A program made the translations under genes and the position numbers. A stretch of DNA of 64,000 nucleotides from Ktedonobacteria bacterium. Lineage in GTDB: Bacteria; Chloroflexota; Ktedonobacteria; Ktedonobacterales; JACDGC01. The notes under the pieces are model-generated. The model was given only the letters and a program-made list of their open reading frames with translations, was not told the origin of the DNA and did no database searches. Position 1 is the first letter of the stretch, and each line of letters opens with the position of its first letter. This document shows, one piece after another, positions 1 through 9,037 of the stretch. Location: the NCBI GenBank assembly GCA_027459705.1, contig DAIDHM010000104.1, positions 456 to 64,455 of the forward strand. The letters run 5' to 3'.

Positions 1-293
1 GCCGCCAGCGCCGCCCGCAACCGCGGTGTCAGCGCCAATTGCCCGTCGAAGCGCGTGGACTGCGGATCGGCCGCCAGGTGGCGCAGCGCCCCGCGCAGTG
101 CGGCGGGAGTGACGGCGATCTGCTCCAGCAGCCGCGCCGTGGGGCCGCCCTCCGCGCGGGTCAGGGCGATCAGGACATGCTCCGTGCCGAGATAGGTGGT
201 GTGCCCCAGCGCGAGCGCCTCGCGCGGCGCCACGTGGTGCATTACCTCGGCGGCGATGGGGTCGGCGAAGCGCAGATCGCCAATGGTGTACAT
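1..293 (-). CDS. Clp N-terminal domain protein, ClpC-like N-terminus (partial, runs off the window start)
   Basis: Not in the ORF track. Manual translation from ATG 293 (RBS AAAGGAG at about 304-310): MYTIGDLRFADPIAAEVMHHVAPREALALGHTTYLGTEHVLIALTRAEGGPTARLLEQIAVTPAALR...LTPRLRAALA, matching the Clp_N motif EA..LGH.YLGTEH.L.AL. Confidence 0.85.
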   Translation of the reverse strand, partial: MYTIGDLRFADPIAAEVMHHVAPREALALGHTTYLGTEHVLIALTRAEGGPTARLLEQIAVTPAALRGALRHLAADPQSTRFDGQLALTPRLRAALA

Positions 294-325
294 GTTCGAC
301 TTGCTCCTTTCACTCGGGGGGCACC

Positions 326-2860
326 TCAGCGCGGATCGCGCAGATCGCTGATGGTGACGTGGACGATAGGGAGAGCGCTGCTGAGCGTGGCGGTGGGGGC
401 CAGTTCGGAGTCCTGGTTACCACGGAAGCGGGCACGGATGCAGGCCCAATGCAGCCGCTCCAGCGCCGCCCCGGGCAGGACCCGCGCGCGATCCGCCATG
501 GCGGCGGCGACGCTGGCCGCCGCCAGTCCATCGTCCAGCGCGGCGCGATAAAACGCGCTGATCGCCGCGCAATGCGCCGCCACCTGGTCGCGCGCCGTCG
601 CCGGATCGGGTGGGGCCAGCGTCAGGGGCAGGAAGGCGCTCGCCACATCGGGATGGTCGCGCCGCACCTGATTGAAATCCGTGTCGCGCGCCGTCGCCAG
701 CAGCCGGATGCGCGGGTGCGTCGCCAGCGCGCGCAGCAAGAACACCGTGCCTTCACGCGCCGTCGCGTCCGGGTCCGCCAGTAGTTCTGGCAGATCGGTA
801 AGCAACAGGATCGCGGGGGTCGGCAACGCGTCCAGATCATGGCGCAGCCGCGTGGCGGCGCGGGCAGCGTCGGGGCGGTGCAAGCGATAGATGGCGTGGT
901 CGGCGAAGCTCGCCACGTGTAGCGCGTCATCCTGGCGGGCGATGCGTCTCGCGATCTCCAGCGCCAGCGCGTCCTTACCGACGCCCGACGGTCCCAGCAC
1001 GACGACATGCCCGCGTGCCAGCAACCGCAAGGCGGCCAGCGTCTCAGCGGCGCGGCCCACGAAGGCGGTCGCATGGCGCAACGCGCTGTCGGACCCTTCT
1101 GCCGTCGCCAGCCAGGGGCGCAGATCGCGCAGGGCCTCGCGGCTGGTGCTGTCGCTGCTGGCCTGGGCCTGGTCAAAGGCGTCGGGCGGCCGCAGTGCCA
1201 GGCGGACCGGGGCGACCCTTTCCCCGCGGGTCGCCGCCAATACCGTCGCGGCGTCCACCCCCAGCATTGTCAGCATGATGTGGAGGCTGCCGCGCGACGG
1301 GGCGCCGAGCAGAGCCGCCAGCAGATCGCTTTCGGTGACCACCGCGTCTGCCCCGCCCCGCGCCGCCCCGGCCCAGGCCCGGCGCAGGGCGCTTTCCACG
1401 GCGGGGGTGGCGCCAGGCGCCAGGCGATCGCTGGCCGCGGTGCCCAGGACGCGCAGCGTGATCTGTTCCAGTAGCGCGGGGTCCAGCCCCAGCGCGCGCA
1501 ATCCCAACGCCAGCTGGCTCGCGGGCTGCGCGGCCAGCCCCGCCAGCAGATGTGCCTGGCGCAGCCTCGCCTGGCCCTGCGCTTCACAGTGGCGCAAGGC
1601 GTTCTCCAGCGCGGCCTGGACGACCGGGTCCAGCGAGATCTCTTCATCGGGGTCCAGTGTGTAGAGGAAGAGAGCGACGCGTGGACTGAGCCAGAGCTGA
1701 GGATAGTCGGCAGCGAGCTGCAATGGCGGGATGGTGACGCGCGCGTCGGGCGCGGGAGTGTCGGCGCGCTCGACCAGGTCCGGCTGGCGCAGGGCGTCCA
1801 GCGTCAGCCGCGGATCGCCATAGAGCACGTAGGCTGCCCAGGTGGGATCGATGCCCCGGGTGGCGGCGAAGGCCTGGCGCGTCCAGCGCAGCGCCTCGCC
1901 GAACGGGACGCCGCGCAAGATCTGCGCCCAGCAGGCGCGGTCAAAGGCTGTGGCGCCCTGGCTATGCACCTCCCAGAGCGTGCCGACGACGGCGCGGGCG
2001 CCGCGGCTGAAGGCGGCGCCCGGCAAACCGCGCCCACCGCGCCCCGGGCCCAGCGATGCCGGTCGGGCGCGGCGCGCGCTGCGGCAGCCACCCAGATAGA
2101 CCAGCCCCGCGCCGCCCCAGTCACCGAGCAGATCTCGGACGCTGAGCGTGCCACCCTCATAGGCCAGCCCATCGATCGCGTTGCGGTCGGCCTCGGCGAT
2201 GTGGCCGGTGTAGTAGAGCAGATCGACCATCGGACGCAGGGCCGCCAGCAGCGCGGCGCGGTCCATGCGGGTCACGTGTGACGCGCCGTCGATGCCCTGC
2301 GCCGCCAGCGCATCCGCCAGCCAGCGCGCCGCCAGGTCACAGTACGGGCGGTCGCCGCGCGTATCGCCGATGATCGTCGCGGCCAGCGCCGCCCCCGGCC
2401 CGCGCGCGCCGCCCGGCATCGGCAGATCCTGCGGGATGCGGGCGACGGGCCGGAACATCCCCAGGCAACCAGCAGGGTCACCGAGATCCGCGCCCGGATG
2501 GCGTAGCACCTCCCAGGGGAAGGCGAGATCGTCGGTGACGATCGCCAGCGGAGCGCGATCCTGGAAGAGGAAATCCAGGACGCGCGGCGGCAGATAGTCG
2601 CGCGCCAGCCGCGCCCCCAGCCGCCCGAAGGTCGCCAGGCCACCCGCTGGCACGGGGAGCTGGCCGTGGCTATCCAACGCCGCCAGCACCAGCGCGGCGT
2701 TGCCCAGCTGGCGCTCGTCGGCGGCGCGCGACATCCCCAGTTGCTCGCCCGCGATCGCGCTCTCCGCGCCCGGGCGCGACGAACTGGGCAGATAATAGGT
2801 CAGCAGGACGCGGCCGCCGGATTCTTCGCGCCGCACCCGCAGCATCGCCAATGGCGCCAT
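326..2860 (-). CDS. CHAT (caspase-like) protease + double Clp_N + degenerate ClpA/B-type AAA+ NBD1 fusion
   Basis: CHAT motifs LLYYTGH, LVYLGGC, GARAVVGTLWEV, WAAYVLYGDP; Clp_N repeats (AHLLAGL, ESDLLAALL); FVGR..E and Walker A GPSGVGKD; ATG 2860 with GGAGG RBS. Confidence 0.85.
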   Translation of the reverse strand: MAPLAMLRVRREESGGRVLLTYYLPSSSRPGAESAIAGEQLGMSRAADERQLGNAALVLAALDSHGQLPVPAGGLATFGRLGARLARDYLPPRVLDFLFQDRAPLAIVTDDLAFPWEVLRHPGADLGDPAGCLGMFRPVARIPQDLPMPGGARGPGAALAATIIGDTRGDRPYCDLAARWLADALAAQGIDGASHVTRMDRAALLAALRPMVDLLYYTGHIAEADRNAIDGLAYEGGTLSVRDLLGDWGGAGLVYLGGCRSARRARPASLGPGRGGRGLPGAAFSRGARAVVGTLWEVHSQGATAFDRACWAQILRGVPFGEALRWTRQAFAATRGIDPTWAAYVLYGDPRLTLDALRQPDLVERADTPAPDARVTIPPLQLAADYPQLWLSPRVALFLYTLDPDEEISLDPVVQAALENALRHCEAQGQARLRQAHLLAGLAAQPASQLALGLRALGLDPALLEQITLRVLGTAASDRLAPGATPAVESALRRAWAGAARGGADAVVTESDLLAALLGAPSRGSLHIMLTMLGVDAATVLAATRGERVAPVRLALRPPDAFDQAQASSDSTSREALRDLRPWLATAEGSDSALRHATAFVGRAAETLAALRLLARGHVVVLGPSGVGKDALALEIARRIARQDDALHVASFADHAIYRLHRPDAARAATRLRHDLDALPTPAILLLTDLPELLADPDATAREGTVFLLRALATHPRIRLLATARDTDFNQVRRDHPDVASAFLPLTLAPPDPATARDQVAAHCAAISAFYRAALDDGLAAASVAAAMADRARVLPGAALERLHWACIRARFRGNQDSELAPTATLSSALPIVHVTISDLRDPR

Positions 2861-2879
2861 CAATGGCCTCCGTTCGCGC

Positions 2880-4619
2880 TCATGGCCGCGGGTGCGCGCG
2901 GCGCACCTGCTCGGCCTCATCCGCGCGTCCCAGGTGAGTTAATGCCTCAATGGTATATTCCCAACATGCTTGCAGCGAGGCATCGAGCGAGAGCGCCTGT
3001 TGGGCGGCGACTAATGCCTCATGCCACCGCTCAGCGCCGCACGCTATTTCTGCCCGACTATCCCACCAAGCAGCTTCTTTAGGGCTTAGTGCTATAGCAT
3101 GATCGATCGCGGCCAGAGCCTCATTGAAATGGTGTTGGGCAAAATGGATATACCCCAACCTATTCCAGCTACGCGGATCGTCCGAAGCAATCGCAATGGC
3201 ATGTTCAGCCGCCTGGATAGCGCGGGCATAGGCGTCCAGGGCCTCGGTGGGTCTCCCCAGGTCACTGAGCGCGTTGCCCCGCCCGTACCAGGGGAGGGCA
3301 GATGCCGGGTCCAGGTCGGTGGCGCGGGCAAAGGCGTCCAGGGCCTCGGCGGGTCTCCCCAGGTCACTGAGCGCGTTGCCTCGCCCGTTCCAGGGGAGGG
3401 CCTCGGCCGGGTTCAGCTCGGTGGCGCGGGCATAGGCGTCCAGGGCCTCGGCGGGGAGGCCGATATCGCTATAGACCTTGGCCCAGTTGGCCCAGATCTC
3501 GCCACAGGCGGCTGGTGTGCGCTCGTCGATCTCGGGAGTATAAGCCGCATCGCCTGCGACGGTGGCGAGCAGTGCGGCGATCTGCCGCGCGGTCAGCGTG
3601 CGCTGCGCTGGCTGGCGCCGGGTGCAGATCTGGTAGATGGTCTCGATGGCGTCGGGGAGATCGGGGACGACGGCCGCCAGGTCGGGGAGCTGGCGGCGAT
3701 AGATCAACGCGTGGTCCGGCGGGTCGCCAGGAACACGCGGCGCGGCGATATCCTGCGCTGGATGATGGCCGGTGTAGAGTTCGTAGAGGATGATGCCAAA
3801 CGCGAAGAGGTCCGCCCGGTAATCGACCGTGGCGGGCAGCCCCAGCAGATACTCCACCTGCTCGGGCGCGGCATAGCCCACCGTCCCACCGCCCAGCATG
3901 GTCTGGCCAGCGCGCGGGGCCCGGGATGTCGTTGCGGCCAGCGTCTCGGCGGCGATGCGCGCCAGCCCCAGGTCGGTCACACAGAGCTGGCCAGCGTGGA
4001 AGAGCAGGTTAGCGGGTTTGAGATCCAGATGGGCGATCGGATCGGGTCGGGCCATGCCGGTCGCTGGGTCATTGTCGGGCTCGTGCAGATATGTCAACGC
4101 CGCCGCGAGCTCCTGCGCCCAGCGCAGCGCCAGAGCGCGATCCGGCGTCTGCCCCACCCCGCGCCAGAGACTCAGCATCTGCGCCAGCGTGTGTATGCGC
4201 TGGCTGGTGTCGCTGATCGCGATGCCTTCCGCGTAGTCAAGATAGATAAACGGCTGGCCGGCGAAGACGTGGCCCGGCTCCAGCGCGGAACGGCAGGTGA
4301 TCGTCACCAGGCTGACGGCGCGCATGATGTTGGGGTGCGGCCAGAGGCCGCACCAGATCTCGGCCTCGTGGCGCGTGAAGACGCGGCGATAGCGGTCCAG
4401 TGCCTCTTTGGGATAGAGCTGGTCGTTTTCGTCATAGGGATTGTAGGTCTTGAGGACCATCATCCGGTTGTCGTGACGTTCATCGTTGCCGATGGCGACG
4501 ACGCCCATCCCGCCGCCGCGCACCTCGGTGACGCGCAGACGAACATTCGTGCCGTCGTCCAGGATATCGCCGATCTGGATAAACCGTTTTTTGGCCGTAG
4601 CCACCCGATATGGAGACAT
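2880..4619 (-). CDS. Hanks-type Ser/Thr protein kinase with C-terminal TPR repeats
   Basis: GGGMGVV, MVLKT, HPNI, HLDLKPANLL, TDLGLA, GTVGYAAPEQ, DLFAFG; about 5-6 TPRs (W.GRGNALSDLGRP.EAL). Confidence 0.92.
   Translation of the reverse strand: MSPYRVATAKKRFIQIGDILDDGTNVRLRVTEVRGGGMGVVAIGNDERHDNRMMVLKTYNPYDENDQLYPKEALDRYRRVFTRHEAEIWCGLWPHPNIMRAVSLVTITCRSALEPGHVFAGQPFIYLDYAEGIAISDTSQRIHTLAQMLSLWRGVGQTPDRALALRWAQELAAALTYLHEPDNDPATGMARPDPIAHLDLKPANLLFHAGQLCVTDLGLARIAAETLAATTSRAPRAGQTMLGGGTVGYAAPEQVEYLLGLPATVDYRADLFAFGIILYELYTGHHPAQDIAAPRVPGDPPDHALIYRRQLPDLAAVVPDLPDAIETIYQICTRRQPAQRTLTARQIAALLATVAGDAAYTPEIDERTPAACGEIWANWAKVYSDIGLPAEALDAYARATELNPAEALPWNGRGNALSDLGRPAEALDAFARATDLDPASALPWYGRGNALSDLGRPTEALDAYARAIQAAEHAIAIASDDPRSWNRLGYIHFAQHHFNEALAAIDHAIALSPKEAAWWDSRAEIACGAERWHEALVAAQQALSLDASLQACWEYTIEALTHLGRADEAEQVRRAHPRP
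3231..3470. repeat. 102-bp near-identical tandem repeats encoding TPR units
   Basis: ggcgtccagggcctcgg recurs at 3231, 3333 and 3435 (period 102 bp = 34 aa). Confidence 0.85.
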
Positions 4620-4649
4620 CGCTCAGTCCTTTCCATGCGCTCTGCGCGT

Positions 4650-5135
4650 TCAGGGGAGTTCAGGCGGCGGGTTGAGCCGCAACCACAGGTCGGTATGCCC
4701 CAGCTGGAGGCGCGTGCCTGGCGCCAGCGGCGTCGGCGCGCCTTCGGCCAGCGCGTGGTCGTCCACGTGCGTGCCATTGGCGCTCTCCAGGTCAGTGATC
4801 CACCACTGGCCGTCGCGCCAGGCCAGTTCGGCGTGGGGATTCGAGACGAAGCCATCGGCCAGGGCGATCGTTGTCGCGGGCCGATCGGGTTTCGGGGGGG
4901 CGCCACTGCGGCCGATCACGTTGTGGTCGGCGTCGATGGCGATGGTGCGGCCGTCCTCTGGCCCGTTGAGGATCTCCAGCCAGGCGGGGGGGCGCGCCAC
5001 CGCCGCGCGCATCTGGTCGATCCGCGCGGCGGCGCCCGGCGTGAGGTTTGTGCCTGGTGCGGCGGCCGCGATGGGTGTTATGTCCGGTTCTTCCGCCGAC
5101 GAGTCGGCTGGGGTGTTTGCTGCTGTTGGTTCCAT
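4650..5135 (-). CDS. FHA domain protein
   Basis: IGR, VSNPHAEL, DLESANGT FHA motifs; ATG 5135 with GGAGA RBS. Confidence 0.9.
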   Translation of the reverse strand: MEPTAANTPADSSAEEPDITPIAAAAPGTNLTPGAAARIDQMRAAVARPPAWLEILNGPEDGRTIAIDADHNVIGRSGAPPKPDRPATTIALADGFVSNPHAELAWRDGQWWITDLESANGTHVDDHALAEGAPTPLAPGTRLQLGHTDLWLRLNPPPELP

Positions 5136-5190
5136 GCCGCATCTCCGTGAAGCCGTATGTGAAATCGTGGTTGGCTTTATCATACTACTT

Positions 5191-5438
5191 CGCTGCGCTG
5201 GAGGGATACCCTCCAGCACTTCCCGTGCGCCGCTGCGCGGCGCTTCTTCGATAAAATGGATTGGGCGGGGACACCCCGCGCCCCGGCAGGGGCGGCTGCC
5301 CCTGGCACCCCGCTGCGCTGCTCCTCCGCGATCCGCCTCCCGCGCTTCCGTGCGCCGCTGCGCGGCGCTTCTATACTAAAAAATTATTTGGGCGGGGACA
5401 CCCCGCGCCCCGGCAGGGGCGGCTGCCCCTGACACCCC
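5191..5438. repeat. Two tandem ~125-bp GC-rich palindromic units (REP/MITE-like)
   Basis: ccgtgcgccgctgcgcggcgcttct and ttgggcggggacaccccgcgccccggcaggggcggctgcccct each occur twice (about 5223/5348 and 5261/5388). Confidence 0.85.
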
Positions 5439-5443
5439 GAATT

Positions 5444-5941
5444 GCCGGGACCCAACCCGCTTCAGCGGGTTTCGCCGCCCGCAGGCGCTTAGCCGGGGGA
5501 TTGCAACCCCCGGCGGCCCCATGCACCCTGCACCCCATGTATGCCTCGCCCGCCCAATCCCCAGCGCCCCCGACCATGGCGCTGGCTCTGCACACTCTGC
5601 CCGCCCATCCCCCGGCGCCCCCGACTATGGCGCTGGCTCTGCACACTCTGCTCACCCAATCCCCGGCGTGCCTAGACCATGGCGCGCACCATCTTCGTCC
5701 ACCGCGCGGCCCACTTCCTGGGCAACCCGCGTGGCCCCGACCGCCGGGGGATCAATCCCCCGGCTAAGCGGCCTGCGGGCCGACGAAACCGGATGAATCC
5801 GGTTAGGTTCCGGGCGGGCTGTAGTGCGCGTGGGTCCTGTCCCTTTGGGAAGCTGCACCGATGCGGTTGGTGGGGTTGCCTCCACCATGCTCGCCGGGAC
5901 CCAACCCGCTTCAGCGGGTTTCGCCGCCCGCAGGCGCTTAG
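5444..5941. repeat. REP-like double-hairpin element in three copies (5444-5516 +, 5741-5814 inverted, 5893-5941 + partial) flanking a 51-bp tandem repeat (about 5548-5685)
   Basis: gccgggacccaacccgcttcagcgggtttcgccgcccgcaggcgcttag is identical at 5444 and 5893; the inverted copy has compensated hairpins. Confidence 0.85.
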
Positions 5942-6897
5942 ACGGGCGGGATTCCCGCAGTCGGGGGCGGACGCAAGAGTTGGAGCATCGACGTCACCTG
6001 GCCTTCGCGCAGGATGGCGGCGCGCAGTTCGCTGACGTCGATGTGCAGGGAGAGCGTGAGATATTCGAGCGACTTGCTGGTCGGGACTTGCTCCAGGATT
6101 GCCAGCATGACGTGGTCGTCGCGAGTCCAGGGGGCATAGGCATCGCGTGCGATCGCGCGGGCGCGATCCAGGATGCGCACGGCGTTGGGAGTCATGGGGT
6201 CGGCGACGGGACCGGCGTAGGGCTGGATGGCGTCGCGCAGGGCGGCGATCGTTTGCTGTGGGGTAATGTGGCGCTGACGCAGCAGCGGCGGCACTAATCC
6301 TTGCGCCTGCACCTGCACGGCGTAGAAGAGATGCGCGGTGGTGACATATCCATGGCCCAGGTCCGACGCGCTGGCCACCGCCGCATCCATGATCCGCTCG
6401 CGCAGACCGGGGAGATACTCCGGCGTCGGCATTAGGCGATGCAGGTCTTCGCGCATCTGCTCGCCCCGCAAGATCATCACCGTCTGGTGCAGCTCGGGTA
6501 GCATGCCCACCTCGGTGTGCGTCAGACTGATCAGGCGGCGGGCGGCGGCGTGGCAACGGTGCGTGGCGATCGTCGGGACAAGCTGGTGCAGCATGCCGGC
6601 CAGTTCCAGCTCGGCGGCATGGGCGGCCTGTTGGCCGGTGGCGACACGCGCCAGCAGCGCCGCGATGGCCGGATTCTCGTCGAAGCGCGCCGCCTGGAGC
6701 GCGTGTGTCAGCTCCTGGTCGTCGCTTTCGGCAAGAAAGCGCGCACCCGCGTTGTCGACGGCCGCACGGACCTTGCCTGCCAGCAATTGCTGATTGATCG
6801 GGTCGAGTATCTGCTTGCGCGCCGCGTCACCGATGGCCGACTCCGCCATATTCATAATGATCTGGCCGATGGCCGCGACGATGATACTGCCAAACAT
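5938..6897 (-). CDS. Helical N-terminal domain + C-terminal double Clp_N domain protein
   Basis: C-terminal ASDLGHGYVTTAHLFYA and TPNAVRILDRARAIA...DDHVMLAIL are Clp_N repeats; hydrophobic N-terminal helix; AAGGAGG RBS. Confidence 0.8.
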   Translation of the reverse strand: MFGSIIVAAIGQIIMNMAESAIGDAARKQILDPINQQLLAGKVRAAVDNAGARFLAESDDQELTHALQAARFDENPAIAALLARVATGQQAAHAAELELAGMLHQLVPTIATHRCHAAARRLISLTHTEVGMLPELHQTVMILRGEQMREDLHRLMPTPEYLPGLRERIMDAAVASASDLGHGYVTTAHLFYAVQVQAQGLVPPLLRQRHITPQQTIAALRDAIQPYAGPVADPMTPNAVRILDRARAIARDAYAPWTRDDHVMLAILEQVPTSKSLEYLTLSLHIDVSELRAAILREGQVTSMLQLLRPPPTAGIPPV

Positions 6898-6925
6898 GCC
6901 TTGCCTCCTTTCGTGCGCGCGGGTA

Positions 6926-7339
6926 TTATAGACGCCCCACCGCTACGGGTATGGCGAACCGGGCAGATGTCGCCTGCATCGCGCTCCAGGCCTGCGCCAG
7001 ATTCGTCCGGCGGACGCCCAGCAACAGGCTGATATGCCAGAGCAGGTGCGCGGTGGCCACCGCGGCGTCTGGCGCCGGGTCGTCGCGCAATGCTCGCAGC
7101 GCAACGAAGAGCAGGCCGATCGTATCGATCTCGGTCAGCACGATGATATACTGTTCGAGGTAGGCGCGGGTCGCCGTGAGATCGCCCGCGTCGATTAAGC
7201 CCGCGAGGATGCGGGCGTCGCGCGCCAGCGCGGCCTCCGCGGCAGAGGACAATGCCAGGATGAAATGCTCGCCAGGGATCTGCACCTTTTGCCGCGCCGC
7301 TGGAGATAATGGTTGTCGGATGTGCCAGTTATTCATCAT
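6926..7339 (-). CDS. Hypothetical helical protein, first gene of the Clp_N cluster
   Basis: 137-aa ORF with GAGGAG RBS, co-oriented and 28 bp upstream of the next gene. Confidence 0.6.
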   Translation of the reverse strand: MMNNWHIRQPLSPAARQKVQIPGEHFILALSSAAEAALARDARILAGLIDAGDLTATRAYLEQYIIVLTEIDTIGLLFVALRALRDDPAPDAAVATAHLLWHISLLLGVRRTNLAQAWSAMQATSARFAIPVAVGRL

Positions 7340-7704
7340 GCCGATACTCCTCTTGCATAGCGGGAAGGCAACAGTCGCTTCCCGACTACATGAGGCGGTA
7401 ACATGCCATGTACATCATGGGTGTTGCCCGTCTACTCTGTAATTGCACGGGCAACATGTTTTTTGCGGCAAATGTCGCGAAATGTGATCAATTTCACATC
7501 TTTGTGGACGCGGGCGTCCGCGCGGGCAATGCGGCGGGGGGGAGAACTATGCCAGAGAGCGGCGCTATGCAGACATCGCGCGGAGGTATCCACCAGCTGG
7601 AGCACGTCGGTCAGGTGCGCCGTGGTATGGCGACGTAGCGCGCCGTGCGGTCACGACACGCGCACCAACCGGGAGCGGTGTGCGTGGCGCGTGATGCTGC
7701 TGAC

Positions 7705-7950
7705 TCAGCGCGTGAAGAAGACCCCGACGACGATCAACACCGCCAGCATCGCGCAGAGCGCGATCAGCGTGCTGACGAGGAGCTGTTTGCGTTGCTGAGA
7801 GCGCGCCTCCAGGACCATGCGCCGCACGATGTTGCGATGGTGAATGGGCAGCTTGTCCCAGGAGATGGCGCCGTCATCGGGTTGCGCGCTGGAGGGGACC
7901 AGCGGGTAGCGGCTGATCGCCGCGGAGGTTCGCCGCACTTCGCGCGCCAT
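7705..7950 (-). CDS. Small membrane protein (C-terminal TM helix)
   Basis: 81 aa, hydrophobic C-terminus, AAAGGA RBS, downstream of purS. Confidence 0.6.
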   Translation of the reverse strand: MAREVRRTSAAISRYPLVPSSAQPDDGAISWDKLPIHHRNIVRRMVLEARSQQRKQLLVSTLIALCAMLAVLIVVGVFFTR

Positions 7951-8003
7951 ATCGTCCAGATCCTTTCCTGCAATGGTGAGGAAGCCGATCCCTCACCCAC
8001 TGT

Positions 8004-8267
8004 TCATGCCAGCATAGTTTCCGACACCGTAAAGTTGAAGCGTTCAATGACCGGGTTCGCCAGCAGTGTCGTGCACATCACGGTGACTCGTTCCTCGGCG
8101 GTCGCCGCGTCGGGAGCATCGAGGGTGACTTCCAGATATTTGCCCATGCGCACGCGTTGCACACTATCGAAATGCAGTTGGTGCAGGGCGTCCTGGATGG
8201 TCAACCCCTGCGGATCGACCACGGCGTCTTTCAGTGTGACGTGAATCTTGGCGAGCCAGGTGGTCAT
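8004..8267 (-). CDS. purS: Phosphoribosylformylglycinamidine synthase subunit PurS
   Basis: VTLKDAVVDPQG...VRMGKY...LLANPVIE. Confidence 0.95.
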   Translation of the reverse strand: MTTWLAKIHVTLKDAVVDPQGLTIQDALHQLHFDSVQRVRMGKYLEVTLDAPDAATAEERVTVMCTTLLANPVIERFNFTVSETMLA

Positions 8268-8364
8268 CGTTGCGTTTCCTTTTCTGTGGACTGAACATGG
8301 TGTATGCGACCCGCTAGATCTTCTGTCTGGGCGGTGAGTCCAGGGCGGTGAGTCCAGGGCGGGG

Positions 8365-8739
8365 CTACGAGGTCGCGGCGGCGTCGCGGGCGGGCTGCCC
8401 GCGTTGCTGGCGGCAATCGTCGCAATCGCAGAGGTCGCGGAGACGTTCATACGTATAGATGCCCGTCTTATGGCCATCGCCCCAGACAGGGGTGAGGCCA
8501 TAGCGTCCGACCATCTGTAACTCGTAGAGGATCGTCTGTTCAGGGGTCAGCACCGTCTCTGGCGTCATCGTACCCGCGAAATTACCCTCGCCCGCGCACC
8601 AGGCACAGGGGCAAGCGCGGCGAAGCTGCTCATAGGCATAGACGCTCGCATGGTCATCGGACCACGCCAGATGCAGCAGCGCGTGCTCCTCATCCAACTC
8701 ATAGCTGGTTGGGACGACATTATTGGGTAACTGTGCCAT
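8365..8739 (-). CDS. DUF971 / gamma-butyrobetaine hydroxylase-like N-terminal domain protein
   Basis: WSDDH, LRRACPCAWC, VGRYGL..WGDGHKTGIY. Confidence 0.9.
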   Translation of the reverse strand: MAQLPNNVVPTSYELDEEHALLHLAWSDDHASVYAYEQLRRACPCAWCAGEGNFAGTMTPETVLTPEQTILYELQMVGRYGLTPVWGDGHKTGIYTYERLRDLCDCDDCRQQRGQPARDAAATS

Positions 8740-9037
8740 GAATACCGCTCGATCCTCTCAATGGAGTCACGTTTCGCCGCGACAACGTTATGTACCGTCA
8801 CCATTGAGTATAGCCCATTCTCGTCGATCTTGAAAGTAGCTGGAAAGTTTGTCTGCGCCGTGATACGATACAGAAATGCTGTCATCGTGTCGGCTTCTGT
8901 CGCGGAGATGGCCCTTTTGCCCTTGTCGGCGCGTGCTATGCTGTTGCCATAGATGCGTGCCTGTTCATTGATCCTTCCGCGGGGCACGGCAGCCGGGTCA
9001 CGCAGACGCAGCGTAAAAATGGAGCACCGCACCACAT

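Noticed and set aside
3099-5150. 683-aa plus-strand ORF (similarly 8936-11374 minus, 22443-23492 plus, 24708-25928 plus)
   Set aside because: Antisense shadows of well-supported genes in GC-rich DNA, with no motifs
5191-5941. CRISPR array
   Set aside because: Repeats are heterogeneous, with only 2-3 copies each, no regular unique spacers and no cas genes
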